Origin: Eledone cirrhosa | Taxonomy: Eukaryota | Direction: 5' to 3' | DNA length: 64,000 nucleotides | NCBI GenBank assembly: GCA_964016885.1 | Contig: CAXHJY010001692.1 | Coordinates: 62,001-126,000, forward strand | Shown: positions 42,001 through 55,400 of the stretch, one piece after another | Numbering within the stretch: position 1 is the stretch's first letter | Layout of the letters: each line of letters begins with the position of its first letter | Position numbers and translations under genes: made by a program | The notes under the pieces: model-generated | The model's input: the letters and a program-made list of their open reading frames with translations, nothing else | What the model was told of the DNA's origin: nothing | The model's database searches: none

Positions 42001-45000
42001 ATAGAATGACAGTCGTTAGAACGTCCAATAGAATGACAGTCGTTAGAACGTCCAATAGAATGACAGTCGTTAGAACGTCAATAGAATGACAGTCGTTAGA
42101 ACGTCCAATAGAATGACAGTCGTTAGAACGTTCAATAGAATGACAGTCGTTAGAACGTCCAATAGAATGACAGTCGTTAGAACGTTCAATAGAATGACAG
42201 TCGTTAGAACGTCCAATAGAATGACAGTCGTTAGAACGTTCAATAGAATGACAGTCGTTAGAAGGTCCAATAGAATGACAGTCGTTAGAAGGTCCAATAG
42301 AATGACAGTCTTTAGAACGTCCAATAGAATGACAGTCGTTAGAACGTCCAATAGAATGACAGTCGTTAGAACGTTCAATAGAATGACAGTCGTTAGAACG
42401 TCCAATAGAATGACAGTCGTTAGAACGTCCAATAGAATGACAGTCGTTAGAACGTCCAATAGAATGACAGTCGTTAGAACGTTCAATAGAATGACAGTCG
42501 TTAGAACGTCCAATAGAATGACAGTCGTTAGAACGTCCAATAGAATGACAGTCGTTAGAACGTCCAATAGAATGACAGTCGTTAGAACGTTCAATAGAAT
42601 GACAGTCGTTAGAACGTCCAATAGAATGACAGTCGTTAGAACGTTCAATAGAATGACAGTCGTTAGAACGTCCAATAGAATGACAGTCGTTAGAACGTTC
42701 AATAGAATGACAGTCGTTAGAACGGTCCAATAGAATGACAGTCGTTAGAAGGTCCAATAGAATGACAGTCGTTAGAACGTCCAATAGAATGACAGTCGTT
42801 AGAACGTCCAATAGAATGACAGTCGTTAGAACGTTCAATAGAATGACAGTCGTTAGAACGTCCAATAGAATGACAGTCGTTAGAACGTTCAATAGAATGA
42901 CAGTCGTTAGAAGGTCAATAGAATGACAGTCGTTAGAACGTCCAATAGAATGACAGTCGTTAGAACGTCCAATAGAATGACAGTCGTTAGAACGGTCCAA
43001 TAGAATGACAGTCGTTAGAACGTCCAATAGAATGACAGTCGTTAGAACGTCCAATAGAATGACAGTCGTTAGAACGTCCAATAGAATGACAGTCGTTAGA
43101 ACGTCCAATAGAATGACAGTCGTTAGAACGTCCAATAGAATGACAGTCGTTAGAACGTCCAATAGAATGACAGTCGTTAGAACGTCCAATAGAATGACAG
43201 TCGTTAGAAGGTCCAATAGAATGACAGTCGTTAGAAGGTCCAATAGAATGACAGTCGTTAGAACGTCCAATAGAATGACAGTCGTTAGAACGTCCAATAG
43301 AATGACAGTCGTTAGAACGTCCAATAGAATGACAGTCGTTAGAACGTCCAATAGAATGACAGTCGTTAGAAGGTCCAATAGAATGACAGTCGTTAGAACG
43401 TCCAATAGAATGACAGTCGTTAGAACGTCCAATAGAATGACAGTCGTTAGAACGTCCAATAGAATGACAGTCGTTAGAAGGTCCAATAGAATGACAGTCG
43501 TTAGAAGCGTCCAATAGAATGACAGTCGTTAGAACGTCCAATAGAATGACAGTCGTTAGAACGTCCAATAGAATGACAGTCGTTAGAAGGTCCAATAGAA
43601 TGACAGTCGTTAGAACGTCCAATAGAAAGACAGTCGTTAAAACGTCCAATAGAATGACAGTCGTTAGAACGTCCAATAGAATGACAGTCGTTAGAACGTC
43701 CAATAGAATGACAGTCGAGTCGTTATAACGTTCAATAGAATGACAGTCGTTAGAACGTCCAATAGAATGACAGTCGTTAGAACGTCCAATAGAATGACAG
43801 TCGTTAGAACGTCCAATAGAATGACAGTCGTTAGTACGTCCAATAGAATGACAGTCGTTAGAACGTCCAATAGAATGACAGTCGTTAGAACGTCCAATAG
43901 AATGACAGTCGTTAGAACGTCCAATAGAATGACAGTCGTTAGAACGTCCAATAGAATGACAGTCGTTAGAACGTCCAATAGAATGACAGTCGTTAGAATG
44001 TCCAATAGAATGACAGTCGTTAGAACGTCCAATAGAATGACAGTCGTTAGAACGTCCAATAGAATGACAGTCGTTAGTACGTCCAATAGAATGACAGTCG
44101 TTAGAACGTCCAATAGAATGACAGTCGTTAGTACGTCCAATAGAATGACTGTCGTTAGAACGTCCAATAGAATGACAGTCGTTAGAACGTCCAATAGAAT
44201 GACAGTCGTTAGAACGTCCAATAGAATGACAGTCGTTCGAACGTCCAATAGAATGACAGTCGTTAGAATGTCCAATAGAATGACAGTCGTTAGTACGTCC
44301 AATAGAATGACAGTCGTTAGAACGTCCAATAGAATGACATTCGTTAGAAGGTCCAATAAAATGACAGTCGGTAGTACGTCCAATAGAATGACAGTCGCTA
44401 TAACGTTCAATAGAATGACAGTCGTTAGAACGTTCAATAGAATGACGGTCGTTAGAACGTCCAATAGAATGACAGTCGTTAGAACGTCCAATAGAATGAC
44501 AGTCGTTAGAACGTCCAATAGAATGACAGTCGTTAGAAAGTTCAATAGAATGACAGTCGTTAGAACGTCCAATAGAATGACAGTCGTTAGAACGTTCAAT
44601 AGAATGACAGTCGTTAGAAGGTCCAGTAGAATGACAGTCGTTATAACGTTCAATAGAATGACAGTCGTTAGAACGTCCAATAGAATGACAGTCGTTAGAA
44701 CGTCCAATAGAATGACAGTCGTTAAAACGTTCAATAGAATGACAGTCGTTAGAACGTCCAATAGAATGACAGTCGTTAAAACGTTCAATAGAATGACAGT
44801 CGTTAGAACGTCCAATAGAATGACAGTCGTTAGAACGTCCAATAGAATGACAGTCGTTAGAACGTCCAATAGAATGACAGTCGTTAAAACGTTCAATAGA
44901 ATGACAGTCGTTAGAACGTCCAATAGAATGACAGTCGTTAGAACGTCCAATAGAATGACAGTCGTTAAAACGTTCAATAGAATGACAGTCGTTAGAAGGT

Positions 45001-46493
45001 CCAATAGAATGACAGTCGTTAAAACGTTCAATAGAATGACAGTCGTTAGAACGTCCAATAGAATGACAGTCGTTATAACGTCCAATAGAATGACAGTCGT
45101 TAAAACGTTCAATAGAATGACAGTCGTTAGAACGTCCAATAGAATGACAGTCGTTAGAACGTTCAATAGAATGACAGTCGTTAGAACGTCCAATAGAATG
45201 ACAGTCGTTAAAACGTTCAATAGAATGACAGTCGTTAGAACGTCCAATAGAATGACAGTCGTTAGAACGTCCAATAGAATGACAGTCGTTAAAACGTTCA
45301 ATAGAATGACAGTCGTTAGAACGTCCAATAGAATGACAGTCGTTAGAACGTCCAATAGAATGACAGTCGTTAAAACGTTCAATAGAATGACAGTCGTTAG
45401 AACGTCCAATAGAATGACAGTCGTTAGAACGTTCAATAGAATGACAGTCGTTAGAACGTTCAATAGAATGACAGTCGTTAGAACGTTCAATAGAATGACA
45501 GTCGTTAGAACGTCCAATAGAATGACAGTCGTTAGAACGTTCAATAGAATGACAGTCGTTATAACGTTCAATAGAATAACAGTCGTTAGAACGTTCAATA
45601 GAATGACAGTCGTTAGAACGTCCAATAGAATGACAGTCGTTAGAACGTTCAATAGAATGACAGTCGTTAGAACGTCCAATAGAATGACAGTCGTTACTAC
45701 GTCCAATAGAATGACAGTCGTTAGAACGTTCAATAGAATGAGAGTCGTTAGAACGTCCAATAGAATGACAGTCGTTAGAACGTTCAATAGAATGACAGTC
45801 GTTAGAACGTCCAATAGAATGACAGTCGTTAGATCCTTCAATAGAATGACAGTCGTTAGAACGTCCAATAGAATGACAGTCGTTACTACGTCCAATAGAA
45901 TGACAGTCGTTAGAACGTTCAATAGAATGAGAGTCGTTAGAACGTCCAATAGAATGACAGTCGTTAGAACGTTCAATAGAATGACAGTCGTTAGAACGTC
46001 CAATAGAATGACAGTCGTTAGAACGTCCACTAGAATGACAGTCGTTAGAACGTCCAATAGAATGACAGTCGTTAGAACGTTCAATAGAATGACAGTCGTT
46101 AGAACGTCCAATAGAATGACAGTCGTTAGAAGGTCCAATAGAATGACAGTCGTTAGAAGGTCCAATAGAATGACAGTGGTTAGAACGTTCAATAGAATGA
46201 CAGTCGTTAGAACGTTCAATAGAATGACAGTCGTTAGAACGTCCAATAGAATGACAGTCGTTAGAACGTCCAATAGAATGACAGTCGTTAGAACGTCCAA
46301 TAGAATGACAGTCGTTAGAACGTTCAATAGAATGACAGTCGTTAGAACGTCCAATAGAATGACATTCGTTAGAAGGTCCAATAGAATGACATTCGTTAGA
46401 AGGTCCAATAGAATGACAGTCGTTAGAACGTTCAATAGAATTACAGTCGTTAGAACGTTCAATAGAATGACAGTCGTTAGAAGGTCCAATAGA
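33009..46493. repeat. Expanded, internally re-duplicated A-like block
   Basis: The first ~1.2 kb matches 17948 onward. The ACACTC..AGGTTCAATACAATA marker occurs three times (~35390, ~36606, ~38712). The block ends with the same ATTACA-containing terminal motif before the next cassette. Confidence 0.7.
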
Positions 46494-49400
46494 ATGACAG
46501 AGTCGTTAGAACGTTCAATAGAATGACAGAGTCGTTAGAACGTTCAATAGAATGACAGTCGTTAGAACGTCTAATAGAATGACAGTCGTTAGAACGTCCA
46601 ATAGAATGACAGAGTCGTTAGAACATTCAATAGAATGACAGTCGTTAGAACGTCCAATAGAATGACAGTCGTTAGAACGTTCAATAGAATGACAGTCGTT
46701 AGAACGTCTAATAGAATGACAGTCGTTAGAACGTCCAATAGAATGACAGTCGTTAGAACGTTCAATAGAATGACAGTCGTTAGAACGTCCAATAGAATGA
46801 CAGTCGTTAGAACGTCCAATAGAATGACAGTCGTTAGAAGGTCCAATAGAATGACAGACGTTAGTACGTCCAATAGAATGCCAGTCGTTATAACGTTCAA
46901 TAGAATGACAGTCGTTAGAACGTCCAATAGAATGACAGTCGTTAGAACGTCCAATAGAATGACATTCGTTAGAAGGTCCAATAAAATGACAGTCGGTAGT
47001 ACGTCCAATAGAATGACAGTCGTTATAACGTTCAATAGAATGACAGTCGTTAGAACGTCCAATAGAATGACAGTCGTTAGAACGTCCAATAGAATGACAG
47101 TCGTTAGAACGTCCAATAGAATGACAGTCGTTAGAACGTTCAATAGAATGACAGTCGTTAGAACGTCCAATAGAATGACAGTCGTTAGAACGTTCAATAG
47201 AATGACAGTCGTTAGAACGTCCAGTAGAATGACAGTCGTTATAACGTTCAATAGAATGACATTCGTTAGAACGTCCAATAGAATAACAGTCGTTAGAACG
47301 TCCAATAGAATGACAGTCGTTAGAACGTCCAATAGAATGACAGTCGTTAGAACGTTCAATAGAATGACAGTCGTTAGAACGTCCAATAGAATGACAGTCG
47401 TTAGAACGTTCAATAGAATGACAGTCGTTAGAACGTTCAATAGAATGACAGTCGTTAGAACGTTCAATAGAATGACAGTCGTTAGAACGTCCAATAGAAT
47501 GACAGTCGTTAGAAAGTTCAATAGAATGACAGTCGTTAGTACGTCCAATAGAATGCCAGTCGTTATAACGTTCAATAGAATGACAGTCGTTAGAACGTCC
47601 AATAGAATGACAGTCGTTAGAACGTCCAATAGAATGACATTCGTTAGAAGGTCCAATAAAATGATAGTCGGTAGTACGTCCAATAGAATGACAGTCGTTA
47701 TAACGTTCAATAGAATGACAGTCGTTAGAACGTCCAATAGAATGACAGTCGTTAGAACGTCCAATAGAATGACAGTCGTTAGAACGTCCAATAGAATGAC
47801 AGTCGTTAGAACGTTCAATAGAATGACAGTCGTTAGAACGTCCAATAGAATGACAGTCGTTAGAACGTTCAATAGAATGACAGTCGTTAGAACGTCCAGT
47901 AGAATGACAGTCGTTATAACGTTCAATAGAATGACATTCGTTAGAACGTCCAATAGAATGACAGTCGTTAGAACGTCCAATAGAATGACAGTCGTTAGAA
48001 CGTCCAATAGAATGACAGTCGTTAGAACGTTCAATAGAATGACAGTCGTTAGAACGTCCAATAGAATGACAGCCGTTACTACGTCCAATAGAATGACAGT
48101 CGTTAGAACGTCCAATAGAATGACAGTCGTTATAACGTTCAATAGAATGACAGTCGTTAGAAGGTCCAATAGAATGACAGTCGTTAGAACGTCCAATAGA
48201 ATGACAGTCGTTAGAAGGTCCAATAGAATGACAGTCGTTAGAACGTCCAATAGAATGACAGTCGTTAGAACGTCCAATAGAATGACAGTCGTAATAAAGT
48301 TCAATAGAAGGACAGTCGTTAGAAGGTCCAATAGAATGACAGTCGTTAGAACGTCCAATAGAATGACAATCGTTAGAACGTCCAATAGAATGACAGTCGT
48401 TAGAACGTTCAATAGAATGACAGTCGTTAGAACGTTCAATAGAATGAGAGTCTTTAGCACGTCCAATATAATGACAGTCGTTAGAACGTCCAATAGAATG
48501 ACAGTCGTTAGAACGTCCAATAGAATGACAGTCGTTAGAACGTTCAATAGAATGACAGTCGTTAGAAGGTCCAATAGAATGACAGTCGTTAGAAGTTCAA
48601 TAGAATGACAGTCGTTAGAACGTCCAATAGAATGACAGTCGTTAGAACGTCCAATAGAATGACAGTCGTTAGAACGTCCAATAGAATGACAGTCGTTAGA
48701 ACGTTCAATAGAATGACAGTCGTTAGAACGTTCAATAGAATGACAGTCGTTAGAACGTTCAATAGAATGACAGTCGTTAGAACGTCCAATAGAATGACAG
48801 TCGTTAGAACGTTCAATAGAATGACAGTCGTCATAACGTTCAATAGAATGACAGTCGTTAGAACGTTCAATAGAATGACAGTCGTTAGAAGGTCCAATAG
48901 AATGACAGTCGTTAGAAGGTCCAATAGAATGACAGTGGTTAGAACGTTCAATAGAATGACAGTCGTTAGAACGTTCAATAAAATGACAGTCGTTAGAACG
49001 TCCAATAGAATGACAGTCGTTAGAACGTCCAATAGAATGACAGTCGTTAGAACGTCCAATAGAATGACAGTCGTTAGAACGTCCAATAGAATGACAGTCG
49101 TTAGAACGTTCAATAGAATGACATTCGTTAGAAGGTCCAATAGAATGACATTCGTTAGAAGGTCCAATAGAATGACATTCGTTAGAAGGTCCAATAGAAT
49201 GACAGTCGTTAGAACGTTCAATAGAATTACAGTCGTTAGAACGTTCAATAGAATGACAGTCGTTAGAAGGTCCAATAGAATGACAGAGTCGTTAGAACGT
49301 TCAATAGAATGACAGAGTCGTTAGAACGTTCAATAGAATGACAGTCGTTAGAACGTCTAATAGAATGACAGTCGTTAGAACGTCCAATAGAATGACAGTC

Positions 49401-52400
49401 GTTAGAACGTTCAATAGAATGACAGTCGTTAGAACGTCCAATAGAATGACAGTCGTTAGAACGTCCAATAGAATGACAGTCGTTAGAAGGTCCAATAGAA
49501 TGACAGTCGTTAGTACGTCCAATAGAATGCCAGTCGTTATAACGTTCAATAGAATGACAGTCGTTAGAACGTCCAATAGAATGACAGTCGTTAGAACGTC
49601 CAATAGAATGACATTCGTTAGAAGGTCCAATAAAATGACAGTCGGTAGTACGTCCAATAGAATGACAGTCGTTATAACGTTCAATAGAATGACAGTCGTT
49701 AGAACGTCCAATAGAATGACAGTCGTTAGAACGTTCAATAGAATGACAGTCGTTAGAACGTCCAATAGAATGACAGTCGTTAGAACGTTCAATAGAATGA
49801 CAGTCGTTAGAACGTCCAATAGAATGACAGTCGTTAGAACGTCCAATAGAATGACAGTCGTTAGAACGTCCAATAGAATGACAGTCGTTAGAACGTTCAA
49901 TAGAATGACAGTCGTTAGAACGTCCAATAGAATGACAGTCGTTAGAACGTTCAATAGAATGACAGTCGTTAGAACGTTCAATAGAATGACAGTCGTTAGA
50001 ACGTTCAATAGAATGACAGTCGTTAGAACGTCCAATAGAATGACAGTCGTTAGAACGTTCAATAGAATGACAGTCGTTAGAACGTTCAATAGAATGACAG
50101 TCATTAGAACGTTCAATAGAATGACAGTCGTTAGAACGTCCAATAGAATGACAGTCGTTAGAACGTCCAATAGAATGACAGTCGTTAGAACGTTCAATAG
50201 AATGACAGTCGTTAGTACGTCCAATAGAATGCCAGTCGTTATAACGTTCAATAGAATGACAGTCGTTAGAACGTCCAATAGAATGACAGTCGTTAGAACG
50301 TCCAATAGAATGACATTCGTTAGAAGGTCCAATAAAATGACAGTCGGTAGTACGTCCAATAGAATGACAGTCGTTATAACGTTCAATAGAATGACAGTCG
50401 TTAGAACGTCCAATAGAATGACAGTCGTTAGAACGTTCAATAGAATGATAGTCGTTAGAACGTCCAGTAGAATGACAGTCGTTATAACGTTCAATAGAAT
50501 GACATTCGTTAGAACGTCCAATAGAATGACAGTCGTTAGAACGTCCAATAGAATGACAGTCGTTAGATCGTCCAATAGAATGACAGTCGTTAGAACGTTC
50601 AATAGAATGACAGTCGTTAGAACGTCCAATAGAATGACAGTCGTTAGAACGTTCAATAGAATGACAGTCGTTAGAACGTTCAATAAAATGACAGTCGTTA
50701 GAACGTTCAATAGAATGACAGTCGTTAGAACGTCCAATAGAATGACAGTCGTTAGAACGTTCAATAGAATGACAGTCGTTATAACGTTCAATAGAATAAC
50801 AGTCGTTAGAACGTTCAATAGAATGACAGTCGTTAGAACGTCCAATAGAATGACAGTCGTTAGAACGTTCAATAGAATGACAGTCGTTAGAACGTCCAAT
50901 AGAATGACAGCCGTTACTACGTCCAATAGAATGACAGTCGTTAGAACGTCCAATAGAATGACAGTCGTTATAACGTTCAATAGAATGACAGTCGTTAGAA
51001 CGTCCAATAGAATGACAGTCGTTAGAAGGTCCAATAGAATGACAGTCGTTAGAACGTCCAATAGAATGACAGTCGTTAGAACGTCCAATAGAATGACAGT
51101 CGTTATAAAGTTCAATGGAAGGACAGTCGTTAGAAGGTCCAATAGAATGACAGTCGTTAGAACGTTCAATAGAATGACAGTCGTTAGAACGTTCAATAGA
51201 ATGACAGTCGTTAGAACGTTCAATAGAATGACAGTCGTTAGAACGTCCAATAGAATGACAGTCGTTAGAACGTTCAATAGAATGACAGTCGTCATAACGT
51301 TCAATAGAATGACAGTCGTTAGAACGTTCAATAGAATGACAGTCGTTAGAACGTCCAATAGAATGACAGTCGTTAGAACGTCCAATAGAATAACAGTCGT
51401 TAGAACGTCCAATAGAATGACAGTCGTTAGAACGTTCAATAGAATGACAGTCGTTAGAACGTCCAATAGAATGACAGTCGTTACTACGTCCAATAGAATG
51501 ACAGTCGTTAGAACGTTCAATAGAATGACAGTCGTTAGAACGTTCAATAGAATGACAGTCGTTAGAACGTCCAATAGAATGACAGTCATTAAAACGTCCA
51601 ATAGAATGACAGTCGTTAGAACGTCCAATAGAACGACAGTCGTTAGAACATCCAATAGAATGACAGTCGTTAGAACGTCCAATAGAATGACAGTCGTTAG
51701 AACGTTCAATAGAATGACAGTCGTTAGAAGGTCCAATAGAATGACAGTCGTTAGAACGTCCAATAGAATGACAGTCGTTAGAACGTCCAATAGAATGACA
51801 GTCATTAGAACGTCCAATAGAATGACAGTCGTTAGAACGTTCAATAGAATGACAGTCGTTAGAACGTCCAATAGAATGACAGTCGTTAGAACGTTCAATA
51901 GAATGACAGTCGTTAGAACGTCCAATAGAATGACAGTCGTTAGAACGTCCAATAGAATGACAGTCGTTAGAAGGTCCAATAGAATGACAGTCGTTAGAAC
52001 GTCCAATAGAATGACAGTCGTTAGAACGTCCAATAGAATGACAGTCGTTAGAACGTCCAAGAGAATAACAGTCGTTAGAACATTCAATAGAATGACAGTC
52101 GTTAGAACGTCCAATAGAATGACAGTCGTTACTACGTCCAATAGAATGACAGTCGTTAGAACGTCCAATAGAATGACAGTCGTTATAACGTTCAATAGAA
52201 TGACAGTCGTTAGAAGGTCCAATAGAATGACAGTCGTTAGAACGTCCAATAGAATGACAGTCGTTAGAAGGTCCAATAGAATGACAGTCGTTAGAACGTC
52301 CAATAGAATGACAGTCGTTAGAACGTCCAATAGAATGACAGTCGTTATAACGTTCAATAGAAGGACAGTCGTTAGAAGGTCCAATAGAATGACAGTCGTT

Positions 52401-55400
52401 AGAACGTCCAATAGAATATCAGTCGTTAGAACGTCCAATAGAATGACAGTCGTTAGAACGTTCAATAGAATGACAGTCGTTATAACGTTCAATAGAATGA
52501 CAGTCGTTAGAACGTCCAATAGAATGACAGTCGTTAGAACGTCCAATAGAATGACAGTCGTTAGAACGTCCAATAGAATGACAGTCGTTAGAACGTTCAA
52601 TAGAATGACAGTCGTTAGAACGTCCAATAGAATGACAGTCGTTAGAACGTCCAGTAGAATGACAGTCGTTATAACGTTCAATAGAATGACATTCGTTAGA
52701 ACGTCCAATAGAATGACAGTCGTTAGAACGTCCAATAGAATGACAGTCGTTAGAACGTCCAATAGAATGACAGTCGTTAGAACGTTCAATAGAATGACAG
52801 TCGTTAGAACGTCCAATAGAATGACAGTCGTTAGAACGTTCAATAGAATGACAGTCGTTAGAACGTTCAATAGAATGACAGTCGTTAGAACGTTCAATAG
52901 AATGACAGTCGTTAGAACGTCCAATAGAATGACAGTCGTTAGAACGTTCAATAGAATGACAGTCGTTAGTACGTCCAATAGAATGCCAGTCGTTATAACG
53001 TTCAATAGAATGACAGTCGTTAGAACGTCCAATAGAATGACAGTCGTTAGAACGTCCAATAGAATGACATTCGTTAGAAGGTCCAATAAAATGACAGTCG
53101 GTAGTACGTCCAATAGAATGACAGTCGTTATAACGTTCAATAGAATGACAGTCGTTAGAACGTCCAATAGAATGACAGTCGTTAGAACGTCCAATAGAAT
53201 GATAGTCGTTAGAACGTTCAATACAATGACAGTCGTTAGAACGTCCAATAGAATGACAGTCGTTAGAACGTTCAATAGAATGACAGTCGTTAGAACGTCC
53301 AGTAGAATGACAGTCGTTAGAACGTTCAATAGAATGACATTCGTTAGAACGTCCAATAGAATGACAGTCGTTAGAACGTCCAATAGAATGACAGTCGTTA
53401 GTACGTCCAATAGAATGACAGTCGTTAGAACGTTCAATAGAATGACAGTCGTTAGAACGTTCAATAGAATGACAGTCGTTAGAACGTTCAATAGAATGAC
53501 AGTCGTTAGAACGTTCAATAGAATGACAGTCGTTAGAACGTTCAATAGAATGACAGTCGTTAGAACGTCCAATAGAATGACAGTCGTTAGAACGTTCAAT
53601 AGAATGACAGTCGTTATAACGTTCAATAGAATAACAGTCGTTAGAACGTTCAATAGAATGACGGTCGTTAGAACGTCCAATAGAATGACAGTCGTTAGAA
53701 CGTTCAATAGAATGACAGTCGTTAGAACGTCCAATAGAATGACAGCCGTTACTACGTCCAATAGAATGACAGTCGTTAGAACGTCCAATAGAATGACAGT
53801 CGTTATAACGTTCAATAGAATGACAGTCGTTAGAAGGTCCAATAGAATGACAGTCGTTAGAACGTCCAATAGAATGACAGTCGTTAGAACGTTCAATAGA
53901 ATGACAGTCGTTAGAAGGTCCAATAGAATGACAGTCGTTAGAACGTCCAATAGAATGACAGTCGTTATAAAGTTCAATAGAAGGACAGTCGTTAGAAGGT
54001 CCAATAGAATGACAGTCGTTAGAACGTCCAATAGAATGACAGTCGTTATAAAGTTCAATAAAAGGACAGTCGTTAGAAGGTCCAATAGAATGACAGTCGT
54101 TAGAACGTCCAATAGAATGACAGTCGTTAGAACGTCCAATAGAATGACAGTCGTTAGAACGTTCAATAGAATGACAGTCGTTAGAACGTTCAATAGAATG
54201 ACAGTCTTTAGCACGTCCAATATAATGACAGTCGTTAGAACGTCCAATAGAATGACAGTCGTTAGAACGTCCAATAGAATGACAGTCGTTAGAACGTTCA
54301 ATAGAATGACAGTCGTTAGAAGGTCCAATAGAATGACAGTCGTTAGAAGTTCAATAGAATGACAGTCGTTAGAACGTCCAATAGAATGACAGTCGTTAGA
54401 ACGTCCAATAGAATGACAGTCGTTAGAACGTCCAATAGAATGACAGTCGTTAGAACGTTCAATAGAATGACAGTCGTTAGAACGTTCAATAGAATGACAG
54501 TCGTTAGAACGTTCAATAGAATGACAGTCGTTAGAACGTCCAATAGAATGACAGTCGTTAGAACGTTCAATAGAATGACAGTCGTCATAACGTTCAATAG
54601 AATGACAGTCGTTAGAACGTTCAATAGAATGACAGTCGTTAGAACGTCCAATAGAATGACAGTCGTTAGAACGTCCAATAGAATAACAGTCGTTAGAACG
54701 TCCAATAGAATGACAGTCGTTAGAACGTCCAATAGAATGACAGTCGTTAGAACGTCCAATAGAATGACAGTCGTTAGAACGTCCAAGAGAATGACAGTCG
54801 TTAGAACGTTCAATAGAATGACAGTCGTTAGAACGTCCAATAGAATGACAGTCGTTACTACGTCCAATAGAATGACAGTCGTTAGAACGTCCAATAGAAT
54901 GACAGTCGTTATAACGTTCAATAGAATGACAGTCGTTAGAAGGTCCAATAGAATGACAGTCGTTAGAACGTCCAATAGAATGACAGTCGTTAGAAGGTCC
55001 AATAGAATGACAGTCGTTAGAACGTCCAATAGAATGACAGTCGTTAGAACGTCCAATAGAATGACAGTCGTTATAAAGTTCAATAGAAGGACAGTCGTTA
55101 GAAGGTCCAATAGAATGACAGTCGTTAGAACGTCCAATAGAATATCAGTCGTTAGAACGTCCAATAGAATGACAGTCGTTAGAACGTTCAATAGAATGAC
55201 AGTCGTTATAACGTTCAATAGAATGACAGTCGTTAGAACGTCCAATAGAATGACAGTCGTTAGAACGTCCAATAGAATGACAGTCGTTAGAACGTCCAAT
55301 AGAATGACAGTCGTTAGAACGTCCAATAGAATGACAGTCGTTAGAACGTTCAATAGAATGACAGTCGTTAGAACGTTCAATAGAATGACAGTCGTTAGAA

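Noticed and set aside
33158-43486. Two-domain minus-strand protein alternating LLDVLTTVI and SIGRSNDCH repeats
   Set aside because: The alternation arises only from the indels at 42.0-43.0 kb, which are probably consensus errors.
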